From NCBI GenBank assembly GCA_964487045.1, contig CAZAOT010000002.1, positions 53,305 through 117,304 on the forward strand: DNA of 64,000 nt, written 5' to 3'. The first letter of the stretch is position 1, and every line of letters begins with the position of its first letter. The DNA comes from an uncultured Candidatus Saccharibacteria bacterium (GTDB taxonomy: Bacteria; Patescibacteriota; UBA1384; DTJR01). Shown here one piece after another: positions 37,095 to 45,851 of this stretch. The notes below the pieces were generated by a model that did not search any database, had not been told where the DNA came from, and saw only the letters and a list, made by a program, of their open reading frames with translations. A program made the position numbers and the translations under genes.

Positions 37095-38480
37095 ATGAGA
37101 AGCACGATTCGCATAGCGACCGTAGTGCTAGTGCTGATGTATCTGGCATGTTCGGCCGCGATGTCGTTCGGGATCCTCGAGGGGTTGGCAATCTTCTCGG
37201 CTCTGGCCGGGAAGGGCGGCAAGCCTGAGCAGGTCACCGTAACCAAGGGTGAGATTTCCATGACGGCTACGCCAGTCATGGCGATCCCGACTGGGTTCGG
37301 TTTCAAGCTCCAGTCAATGACGTTCAACGTAACGGCTGGGACCGGGCTCGCTCCAGACTTCTATCATCCGGTTTTTCCTGTCTTGAAGTGCCTGGCACCC
37401 GATGGCAACCCCATCATGCTGGTACCAATTGACTGGCAACCGAATGGGAAGCCACTCCAGAATCTCCTCGTCACCCTCGACAACGAGCCAATCACGAAGG
37501 CTGTAGATGCTCGTTCACTCGTGGAGAACGAGGGTGCTTGGCTGCGACGAGCGATCCGCGAGGCCAACCGCGACCTTGGACGACAGTATGAAGATTCGAG
37601 CAACGTGCCCGACACCTTCTTCGAACCGTTCATCGCTATGTCAAAAGATGTCAAGCACTCCTTGACGGCTGACAAGCGCCACAACTTCAACAGTCCCACT
37701 GGAAGCGTCAACATGATGCTGGTCTTCCCGATGGGCAACCTCTTCTCGCGCCCGCATTTCGTCGCCTGCAACCTCAAGCAACCCGGCAAGGGAGATAACA
37801 GCTACAACTGCTCTTTCCATTTCCGGGTGCTCGATGAGCCGGTTGAAGTGCCGGCACCCTTCGAGTCGATCGTGCCCATGAACATTGACGGAAAGCTCTC
37901 GCAGCAGCAGATCACTCAGCCTGCACAGCAGGCTTCTGCACCGTCAGCTCAGGTAGCGGGCACCGCGGATAATCGCACTCTCGGAAGCGCGCCCCAACCT
38001 CAGCAACCGCAGTATCAGGCTCCGGCGCCCCAGCAGCAGGCCCCTCAGTACCAGCCGCCTGCCCAGCAATCACAGCCGAGTATTGCGACACCGCCAACGA
38101 TCGACAAGGCTGCGCAGTTCATCCTGCGCCCCGGCGATCAAGCATGGTGGAAGCCGTGCTCATGGGAGCGTCCGAGCAATTGGACGCCGGGTGATCATTG
38201 CTCGGTGGTCCTGTTCTTTCTGGACAGGAGGTACAACCTCCTGCACAGCGGGAACCTCGATGAACGGGACGTGGAGTGGTGGATCAACGGCGATCGGCAG
38301 GACATGAACTTGCCGTCGCATAACTCGATCACCTTTCCCGATCACACCCCGTCGTGCGGTGTGATCTATCAGCGCATGCCGTCAAACAGCGACATTACGT
38401 TGCTGTTCCGCGGCAAGCGCTACGGCTTCAGCACGACTCAGGCGAATATACTCTGGCGACCGATCATGGTCGCCGAGTAA
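37095..38480 (+). CDS. GC-rich secreted two-domain protein with Q/P linker
   Basis: Signal peptide, AAGGAGG RBS, Q/P-rich linker. Confidence 0.8.
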   Translation: MRSTIRIATVVLVLMYLACSAAMSFGILEGLAIFSALAGKGGKPEQVTVTKGEISMTATPVMAIPTGFGFKLQSMTFNVTAGTGLAPDFYHPVFPVLKCLAPDGNPIMLVPIDWQPNGKPLQNLLVTLDNEPITKAVDARSLVENEGAWLRRAIREANRDLGRQYEDSSNVPDTFFEPFIAMSKDVKHSLTADKRHNFNSPTGSVNMMLVFPMGNLFSRPHFVACNLKQPGKGDNSYNCSFHFRVLDEPVEVPAPFESIVPMNIDGKLSQQQITQPAQQASAPSAQVAGTADNRTLGSAPQPQQPQYQAPAPQQQAPQYQPPAQQSQPSIATPPTIDKAAQFILRPGDQAWWKPCSWERPSNWTPGDHCSVVLFFLDRRYNLLHSGNLDERDVEWWINGDRQDMNLPSHNSITFPDHTPSCGVIYQRMPSNSDITLLFRGKRYGFSTTQANILWRPIMVAE

Positions 38481-38511
38481 TCCGGCGAAAGCCAAGGAGG
38501 ATTGAGAGAAA

Positions 38512-39669
38512 ATGAAGACACTGATGCTTGTTGTACTGCTACTCACGGCCTCTCTGGGCTTCGCCCAGAGTGAGCCGAACTCGAGCACGCCGCCTGTGAC
38601 CGAGCAGGTCCAGGCGACCACGACGACTACGACAGCGACGGCTACGGCGACGAGTACAACGCCCGCGCCGACCGCAGTGACCACACAACCGGTAACGGTG
38701 ACATTCGACGTCACCGTCCCGATCAGCACCCCCTTGAAAGGGGGAGTTGCGAGTGGGCTAGTTGTCAACCGGACACGCCCGCTCACGAGAGCGGAGTCTG
38801 AGTTCCTCAAGACCGTTCCGAATGGCAAAGACTCGGACGGACAGAGCTACCGTGACCTGATCGAAGTCGCATTCCGATCCGGCATCGCCCACGCCGAGAC
38901 GGCGCCTAGCTACGGCACCGTCGACAACAATGGTGTCGTATACGACTACTCGTATTACTGCCGGCTCGTTCAGCCGGCGGATGCGAGTAAGCCCGTCACC
39001 GGCAGGGTCGAAGACACCTTACACGGGACCGCGACTGGGACGATCAATGTCCCGGTCATCACCGTCAAGGGCGCAGATGGCGCTCCCGGCAGGCCCGGCG
39101 AGACGGTGTACGTCCAGCCTGCGCCGGCTCCGCAGCCTGTCTGCCAGCAGCAGGCCCCGGCGCAGTACTGCCCGCCCCCGCCTCCGCCCCAGCGCGTGCT
39201 GTTCTACACAGTACCGAAGGACCCGTATGGCTCTCCGGTGGTCGCCCAGAACAATGGGTGCAACCAGCAGAGTGCCTACATCCCACAGTACAACGCGTGG
39301 GATCGGCTTGGGCAGGTGCTTCTTCCGTTCGCACTCAAGCCTGAGCCCAACAATTGGAGCTGGTCCACCGTGATCAGCAATGGGAGTTCGTCCAACTCCA
39401 ACGCCACCAACAACAACTCCAACACCGCCTACGGCGGAGCGGGAGGAGCAGGTGGGCAAGGAGGTAGCTCCTGGTCGAATAGCCAGGGCGGCAACGCCTG
39501 GCAGAATCAGGGCCAGGGGATGATGCAGGGTCAGTGGACCCTGAACGACATCACCAACACACTCAACAATATAAATGATTGGCTGAACGCCAATCAGAAC
39601 ACCCTCAACGGTGGCGATCAGACCACCGGAGTGGGGGTGACAACGAATACCGGGGTCGCCGTGCACTAG
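38512..39669 (+). CDS. GC-rich secreted low-complexity protein with C-terminal N/Q/T module
   Basis: Signal peptide, Thr tract, short Gly-X-Y run, N/G/Q-rich C-terminus; terminator 39700-39733. Confidence 0.8.
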   Translation: MKTLMLVVLLLTASLGFAQSEPNSSTPPVTEQVQATTTTTTATATATSTTPAPTAVTTQPVTVTFDVTVPISTPLKGGVASGLVVNRTRPLTRAESEFLKTVPNGKDSDGQSYRDLIEVAFRSGIAHAETAPSYGTVDNNGVVYDYSYYCRLVQPADASKPVTGRVEDTLHGTATGTINVPVITVKGADGAPGRPGETVYVQPAPAPQPVCQQQAPAQYCPPPPPPQRVLFYTVPKDPYGSPVVAQNNGCNQQSAYIPQYNAWDRLGQVLLPFALKPEPNNWSWSTVISNGSSSNSNATNNNSNTAYGGAGGAGGQGGSSWSNSQGGNAWQNQGQGMMQGQWTLNDITNTLNNINDWLNANQNTLNGGDQTTGVGVTTNTGVAVH

Positions 39670-39871
39670 TTGCACATACGACCCCCACGACCTCATCACT
39701 TGGAGCGGCGGGACTAAACTCCCGCCGCTCCAATAGACTTTTCTAAATTTCACACCATTGACTTTTTCTTCAGAATTTGCTTCAATTGACCACAAATAAG
39801 CAATATCCAAGAAGCAGTCAATGCTTTAGAAAAATAATTAGTTCCCCGAGAATGTGGGGGAAGGGAGATAT

Positions 39872-40723
39872 ATGAAAAAAGGATATACAATCCTTTTAGG
39901 AGCAGCTGTTCTGACCCTTGTCGGCGGGACAGTAACGTTTGCAACTTCTGCAGACGAGATTATTAATGGTGTCTTCGCTGAGACCGGGATTGAGCAAAAT
40001 CAAACCCAGTGGCAGTGGCAAGATCAGGAGCAATTTCAGGCTCAGATCCAAGAATCCATTAATAATAACGAGAATACACTCAACAATACGAATGAGTGGA
40101 CAAATACTAATACCAACACTCTAAATGGTGGGAATCAAACCACCAACGTTGGTATAGTAAATAACACCGCTGTCGCAGTAGACAATGGCGGTGGATCTGG
40201 ATCAAGTGATGACAACGGCGGAGCCGCTGCATCAACTGGTGGAGCCGTGTCAGTAGGTAGCGACGAAAATGGAAATAGCGGAGTTGCTGTTTCTGGAAAC
40301 GCTGCTGCTGCAGCTGGTAATGCCGCTGCTACCGGAACAGGTGCCGCACAAAATGGCGGAACAGGTGGTCAGCAAGCAACAACTGGCGTAGGAGTCGCAG
40401 CTGGAGAAAATGCAGCTGCTTCATCTGCTTCACAAACTGGAACAAACAACGGCTCAAGCGCTGCTGCCTCAACTGGCAACAGCTCAGCCGCTGCTTCAAC
40501 CGGATCAAATGGAACTTCAGCTACAACCACTTCAGGTGGACAAAAAGTAGCTCTAGCTCAGCCAGAGCAAAAAGTTGCTCAGGCTGTGAAAAGTTCTGGA
40601 ACCTTGCCAAAGACAGGTATTCCAGCAGCCGTTCCAGCACTAGGCTCGCTTGCAATTGGAGCAATATCTACAGTAGCATTAGCTGCTCGAAGAAAGTTTC
40701 AGTTCATTAAAGAAAACCTATAA
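39872..40723 (+). CDS. LPXTG cell-wall-anchored protein with N-terminal N/Q/T module
   Basis: Signal peptide, G/A/S/T stalk, LPKTG + hydrophobic helix + RRK. Confidence 0.85.
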   Translation: MKKGYTILLGAAVLTLVGGTVTFATSADEIINGVFAETGIEQNQTQWQWQDQEQFQAQIQESINNNENTLNNTNEWTNTNTNTLNGGNQTTNVGIVNNTAVAVDNGGGSGSSDDNGGAAASTGGAVSVGSDENGNSGVAVSGNAAAAAGNAAATGTGAAQNGGTGGQQATTGVGVAAGENAAASSASQTGTNNGSSAAASTGNSSAAASTGSNGTSATTTSGGQKVALAQPEQKVAQAVKSSGTLPKTGIPAAVPALGSLAIGAISTVALAARRKFQFIKENL

Positions 40724-40892
40724 TTCAGCACTATAAATAGGCAAAAATCCCCAGGTAAAACTGGGGATTTTTGTTTGTATTAAAACCAGACTATCAAATC
40801 ATCAAATTTTAAAATCCAAATTACTAAAAAAAATACCAAATATTAAATTTATAAAACTTTAAAAATCAATCGTTATCAGGTATAATACGGGC

Positions 40893-41861
40893 ATGGAAAA
40901 GCAAGAGCTGGGCAAGCTTCTCAAAATCGAGGATAAGAAAGTCGAAGCCAAAACGATTGAAGAGGAGATGGCGTCGGCTAATTTTTGGTCAGATCAGCAA
41001 GAAGCTACAAAAAAAAGTCAAAGGCTTACTTATCTAAACAATGTAATTGGCAATTTTGACAAAGCTAACGACGAGGAAAGCTTAAAAGGCCTAGAGATAG
41101 AAGCTTTATATACTGGCGAATATGACCATATGGGGGCGATCCTCTCGATTCACGCTGGTGCAGGTGGAACAGAAGCCCAAGATTGGGCCGAGATGCTAGA
41201 GAGAATGTATTTAAGATATTCTGAAAAGAATAATTATAAGGCAGAGATATTAGATCAGTCACTAGGGGAAGAAGCGGGGATTAAATCGGCTGAGCTTAGA
41301 ATCGAAGGTGTAAATGCTTATGGCAACCTTAAAACAGAGTCTGGGGTGCATAGGTTAGTGCGAATAAGCCCATTTGATGCCGATAAAGCTAGACATACTT
41401 CTTTTGCCCTTGTTGAAGTAATTCCAGAATTCGATGAGCTCCAAGACATTCAAATAGAAGACAAGGATTTAAAAATCGACGTTTTCCGAGCTTCCGGACA
41501 TGGCGGTCAATCAGTTAATACTACAGATTCAGCAGTCAGAATCACTCATTTACCAAGCAAGATTGTTGTATCCTGTCAAAATGAACGATCGCAAGTACAA
41601 AATAGAGAAGTGGCAATGAAGGTCTTGAAAATAAAACTAAAAAAATTAGAATTAGACGAACGGAAAAAGAAAGAGCAAGGTCTTCGAGGAGAACATACCT
41701 CTGCCGAGTGGGGCAATCAGATCAGATCATACGTATTGCAGCCATATCAGCAGGTTAAAGATCATCGAACCGACTTCACCAGCTCGAACCCTACGGAAGT
41801 TCTAAATGGTGAACTAAACGGATTTATACAAGCTTATTTAAGAAAGTTAAAAAATAGTTAA
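40893..41861 (+). CDS. prfB: Peptide chain release factor 2
   Basis: GAGGTEAQDW, SPF specificity motif, GGQ and WGNQIRSY; single ORF with no frameshift. Confidence 0.95.
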   Translation: MEKQELGKLLKIEDKKVEAKTIEEEMASANFWSDQQEATKKSQRLTYLNNVIGNFDKANDEESLKGLEIEALYTGEYDHMGAILSIHAGAGGTEAQDWAEMLERMYLRYSEKNNYKAEILDQSLGEEAGIKSAELRIEGVNAYGNLKTESGVHRLVRISPFDADKARHTSFALVEVIPEFDELQDIQIEDKDLKIDVFRASGHGGQSVNTTDSAVRITHLPSKIVVSCQNERSQVQNREVAMKVLKIKLKKLELDERKKKEQGLRGEHTSAEWGNQIRSYVLQPYQQVKDHRTDFTSSNPTEVLNGELNGFIQAYLRKLKNS

Positions 41862-41877
41862 TCTATAGGGAGTAAAA

Positions 41878-42183
41878 ATGTTTGATAAAGCAAAAGAAAT
41901 CTACCAATTGCAGAAGAAAGCCAAGGACATTCAAAAAGAGCTGAAAAATACTGAGGTTGAGGCTCAAAGTTCAGATGGATCAATTACGATCGTTTTTACT
42001 GCTGATCAAAAAATTAAATCGATCGAGCTAAGCGAAACTGCGCTTGGAAGCATGAACAAGAGAGAATTAGAAGATAAATTAGTCAAAGTAATTGCTGAAG
42101 CACTATCCAGAACCCAAGCTGTTGCAGCTGAAAAAACCAAAGGACTTATGTCTGAAATGGGACTTAATATCCCTGGAATGTGA
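41878..42183 (+). CDS. YbaB/EbfC nucleoid-associated protein
   Basis: Size, LQKKAKDIQKEL...EAQSSDGSITI and C-terminal MGLNIPGM. Confidence 0.85.
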   Translation: MFDKAKEIYQLQKKAKDIQKELKNTEVEAQSSDGSITIVFTADQKIKSIELSETALGSMNKRELEDKLVKVIAEALSRTQAVAAEKTKGLMSEMGLNIPGM

Positions 42184-42284
42184 CACGGCAGTGTTATCCT
42201 GAGCGCTTCTGTAAATTCAGCAGAATTTTCAGAAAGCCGAAGGATTAAAGAGAAAAATAGCAAAATAGAGAGCAAAGGAAAAAT

Positions 42285-42836
42285 ATGTATCTAATCGTCG
42301 GGCTGGGAAATCCCGGGCAAGAGTACGAGAAGACTAGGCACAATGTCGGCTTTATGGTTTTAGATAAACTGACCAAAGAAATTGATTCAAGCAGCTTCCA
42401 TCATGACAAAAAGCATAAAGGCGAAATAGCAAAAGTTCGGCTAGGGGAACACGAAATAATTCTGCTCAAACCTCACACTTATATGAATCTTTCTGGAGAG
42501 TCTTTGGCATCAGTTGCTAAATATTATGAAATCGATCCCGAAAAAACTATTGTTATATCAGATGATGTTAATCTCGAATTAGGGCAGATAAGAGTCAGAT
42601 ATTCCGGCGAGGCAGGAGGGCACAAAGGCCTTGGATCAATTATTTCACATGCAGGACTAGATTTCTGGCGAATCAGAGTCGGTATAGGACAAAGCGATCA
42701 GATACCACTCGAAGACTATGTACTTCAAAAATTCTCAGACGATGAGAATAAAATTATCAATGAGTCAATTGACAAAATAACCACTTATCTGATAAAATCA
42801 CTCTCTAGTGAAGACTTGGAAAATATCACTTTATAA
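42285..42836 (+). CDS. pth: Peptidyl-tRNA hydrolase
   Basis: LIVGLGNPG, TRHNVGF, YMNLSG, GGHKG and RIRVGIG. Confidence 0.96.
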   Translation: MYLIVGLGNPGQEYEKTRHNVGFMVLDKLTKEIDSSSFHHDKKHKGEIAKVRLGEHEIILLKPHTYMNLSGESLASVAKYYEIDPEKTIVISDDVNLELGQIRVRYSGEAGGHKGLGSIISHAGLDFWRIRVGIGQSDQIPLEDYVLQKFSDDENKIINESIDKITTYLIKSLSSEDLENITL

Positions 42837-42920
42837 AAAATAATCTTAGCAGGACCCGTTCGACTCGCAATGCTCGCTCAGGGCAGGGCGTCGCCGGGGA
42901 TTGTACTGCGAAAGGAAACA

Positions 42921-43781
42921 ATGGCAAAAGCAAAGAAAGAAATGTCCTCATCAGAGGAAACGGAGCTCGATAAGGAAATCGCAGGCGACCAGGAATCTCA
43001 TTCTTCGCAAGAGATCTCTCTTGAGGATGACCAAAAAGAAACGGAGACTGAGGAGCAAGTAGCATCTGAAGAAGCTGCAATAAATACTGATAACGACACT
43101 GCCAAAGAAGCGAATAAGGCTGAAAAAACTAGTAAAAAGACTACAAAAGCGAAACAAAGCAAACAGGCTAAGAAGTCAAAAATCAAAAAGTCAAAATCTA
43201 AGAAATACCAAGAAACTATCAAGGAATTCGACAAGAACAAAGAGCATACGATCGAAGATGCAATCAAATTAGTAAAGACACTATCATACTCGAAATTCGA
43301 TGGAACCATCACGCTTGACGTAAAGCTCTCTAAAGCTAAGAAGGGCGATGATGCTATCAGAGGAACAGTCAAATTGCCTCACTCTACTGGCAAGTCATCT
43401 AACGTCGTTGTTATAACTGAAGAGCTTATCGAGAAGATCAAAGGTGGATACTCTGACTTTGATGTCCTCATCACAAGTCCAGATATGATGCCAAAGCTTG
43501 CACAAGTAGCAAAAATACTTGGACCAAAGGGTAAAATGCCTAATCCAAAAGATGGAACTGTAGTTGCTGATCCTGAGGAAGCAGCTAAAGAAATCAGCCT
43601 TACCGCAAGATACAGAATGGATGCTGGACGAAATCTTCATATCGCTGTCGGAAAAGTCTCATTTGAAGAAAATGTACTTGCTGAAAATACTAGAGCAGTA
43701 CTCAAAGCTCTAGCTCATCTAAAGAAAGATGCAGCCTATCTCAGCCCAACCATGGGACCAGGCGTGAAGATTAGTCTGTAA
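42921..43781 (+). CDS. rplA: 50S ribosomal protein L1 with long acidic/basic N-terminal extension
   Basis: KFDGT, IRGTVKLPH, LGPKGKMPNPKDGTV and PTMGPGVK. Confidence 0.93.
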   Translation: MAKAKKEMSSSEETELDKEIAGDQESHSSQEISLEDDQKETETEEQVASEEAAINTDNDTAKEANKAEKTSKKTTKAKQSKQAKKSKIKKSKSKKYQETIKEFDKNKEHTIEDAIKLVKTLSYSKFDGTITLDVKLSKAKKGDDAIRGTVKLPHSTGKSSNVVVITEELIEKIKGGYSDFDVLITSPDMMPKLAQVAKILGPKGKMPNPKDGTVVADPEEAAKEISLTARYRMDAGRNLHIAVGKVSFEENVLAENTRAVLKALAHLKKDAAYLSPTMGPGVKISL

Positions 43782-43851
43782 ATAATTACGAATTAGCTGA
43801 AAAAAGGCCCTTTAGGGCCTTTTTTCATATATCATAATAATTTTCCTTTAA

Positions 43852-44026
43852 CAAAAGTCGATTTTGCGCTTCGAGAGGCCGATTCTAGCGAAGCGATTTT
43901 CGGAGTGTCTCAGAAAGCAAAATCGTCTTTTGGGCGAGCAGGGGTAAGGAATTATTAAAACCATAGGGGGCCGCTTCAAGAGTAGGCCCCCTTTGGTTTT
44001 GATATAACAGCAGCTTTTGCTGCTAG
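43852..44026 (+). repeat. Structured repeat family A, divergent copy 4
   Basis: Long hairpin, GGGCGAGCAGGGGTAAGGAA linker, AAAACC..GGTTTT stem and terminal AGCAGC/GCTGCT hairpin. Confidence 0.65.
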
Positions 44027-44159
44027 AAAGTATTTTAAAATACCTTATCCAAAAGAGGTCATGGGTTGACTTTTGGGGTGTTTTGTGCTATACTACTCGG
44101 TTACGATTTAGGGGGATTACCTCCGACAATCGAGCATGTTTGACAGGGAGGGTTTTTCC

Positions 44160-44291
44160 TTGAAAAAGCTTATGGAGTTCTTGTTCACCTGGAGGCAGAG
44201 CCGGATCATCCGGCGGCGTCTCCGGCAGTACTGCCCGCGAATCGCGGAGCAGAGCGTCAAGCGTGTGTTCGACCTGTTTCCTGGCTGCTAG
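44160..44291 (+). CDS. Putative GC-rich 43-aa small protein
   Basis: TTGACT-N17-TATACT promoter (44067), GGGAGG RBS, TTG start, strong hairpin 44300-44339 after the stop. Confidence 0.4.
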   Translation: MKKLMEFLFTWRQSRIIRRRLRQYCPRIAEQSVKRVFDLFPGC

Positions 44292-44389
44292 CCGCCCCTG
44301 GAGCCGACACCTTCGCCGCAAGGTGACTGTGTCGGCTCCGCCACACTTTCAAGCGTTGACATCAAACGCTTTTTTTAGTACTATATTTC

Positions 44390-44495
44390 TAGTCAAAGAC
44401 AGCTGGGACCGAAAGGTTTAAACCATAACCCTGCCGAGACAAAACAAATTGGATTTTATTGTTTTGTTTACGACGTCTTTGCACGTCGTATTTAT
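44390..44495 (+). promoter_or_regulatory. Ribosomal protein L10 leader
   Basis: AAGACAGCTGG...TTAA...CCTGCCGAG pattern upstream of rplJ; promoter TTGACA-N17-TACTAT at 44356-44384. Confidence 0.75.
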
Positions 44496-44514
44496 TTATA
44501 AAAAGTAATTAAGG

Positions 44515-45036
44515 ATGCAGATGGTATTAACAAAAGAGAAAAAGACAGAGTTACTTGGTACGCTGAAGACTCTTTTCTCTGAATCTGGAGCTTCAATCGC
44601 CTCAGATTATTCTGGATTATCAAATAAAGAGCTTACAGAGCTTCGAAAATCCATGAAAGAGAAGGGGATTAGACTAGTTGTTACCAAGAACACTTTAGCT
44701 CGAAAGGTTATAAAAGAGCTAAATTTGGATATAGATGATGAAATCCTTGATAAACCGGTTATTTTTGCCTTTGGAGAAGATGAGGTCGAGACGGCAAAAA
44801 GCCTTTCTGCATTTGCCAAAGAGCATGACAAGCTAGAAGTTCTAGGTGGTATAGTTCAAGGCGAAATTGCCGACAAGTCAAAAGTCACGATTCTCGCGCT
44901 TCTTCCTGGAAGGGCAGAGCTCGAAGCCAAACTTGTTGGAATATTGGCCGCACCAACTTATGGGCTTGTAAACGTCCTTCACGGCAATATCAGAGGATTA
45001 GTCAATGTTTTGGGTCAAATTAGAGATAATAAATAA
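44515..45036 (+). CDS. rplJ: 50S ribosomal protein L10
   Basis: DYSGL...ELRK...VTKNTLA, LALLPGR; upstream of rplL. Confidence 0.93.
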   Translation: MQMVLTKEKKTELLGTLKTLFSESGASIASDYSGLSNKELTELRKSMKEKGIRLVVTKNTLARKVIKELNLDIDDEILDKPVIFAFGEDEVETAKSLSAFAKEHDKLEVLGGIVQGEIADKSKVTILALLPGRAELEAKLVGILAAPTYGLVNVLHGNIRGLVNVLGQIRDNK

Positions 45037-45110
45037 TTAATTAATATAATCCCGATTAGATATTACCGACTCCTTCGGAGTCAGATATCTAACGGGACAA
45101 GGGAGATAAC

Positions 45111-45683
45111 ATGGCAGACGAAGAAACAAAAGTCGAAGAAGCTGTAGAAACCCCAGCAGAAGAAAAAGCTGAAGAAACTACAGAAGAAGTAAAAGAGGAA
45201 GCTCCTAAGGCTGAAGAAAAAGTCGAAGAAGCTTCCGACACCGCTGAAGCTACGCCGGACAAGCCTAAAGCAGAAGTAAAAGAAGAAAAAGCCGAACCAA
45301 CCGGTAAATTTGCTGACATGATCAAGCAAATTGAAGAAATGAAGGTTGCTGATCTCGCTGAGCTTGTAAAAGCTCTAGAGGACAGATTCGGTGTATCTGC
45401 CGCTATGCCTATGGCAGTAGCTGGTGCAGGTGCTGCAGCTGGAGCTGCTGGAGCTGAGGCTGAAGAGAAGTCAAGCTACACAGTCATGCTTAAGGATGGT
45501 GGCGCTCAAAAGATCGCTGTCATCAAGGCTGTTCGAGAAATCAACCAAGAACTAGGTCTTAAAGAGGCCAAGGACTTAGTTGACGGCGCTCCTAAGGAAG
45601 TCAAAAAAGATGTTCCTAAAGCCGATGCAGAAGAAGCCAAGAAAAAACTCGAAGCTGCTGGTGCAACTGTTGAGTTGATATAA
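45111..45683 (+). CDS. rplL: 50S ribosomal protein L7/L12 with ~60-aa acidic N-terminal extension
   Basis: [35 protein letters not shown] and [10 protein letters not shown]. Confidence 0.95.
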   Translation: MADEETKVEEAVETPAEEKAEETTEEVKEEAPKAEEKVEEASDTAEATPDKPKAEVKEEKAEPTGKFADMIKQIEEMKVADLAELVKALEDRFGVSAAMPMAVAGAGAAAGAAGAEAEEKSSYTVMLKDGGAQKIAVIKAVREINQELGLKEAKDLVDGAPKEVKKDVPKADAEEAKKKLEAAGATVELI

Positions 45684-45851
45684 AATAGCTCTTTAAAACT
45701 ACTCGCCCTCGCTAGCCCAAAAGGTTGGTGAGGGCGTTTAGTTAAGACTCAAAGATCAAAATTACAATGTCAAACAAAATCACAAGCTCAAAGCATCGAT
45801 TTGGTTCTTTGGTATTTGATATTTGTTGGAACTTTGAACTTAGGATTTTTT

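Noticed and set aside
37019-39810. Long alternative-frame and antisense ORFs (e.g. 39019-39810, 38382-38828, 37364-37789)
   Set aside because: Shadow ORFs expected in GC-rich coding DNA; the + strand ORFs have RBSs and signal peptides.
44088-44321. 77-aa minus-strand ORF
   Set aside because: Promoter, RBS and terminator signals all point to the + strand.
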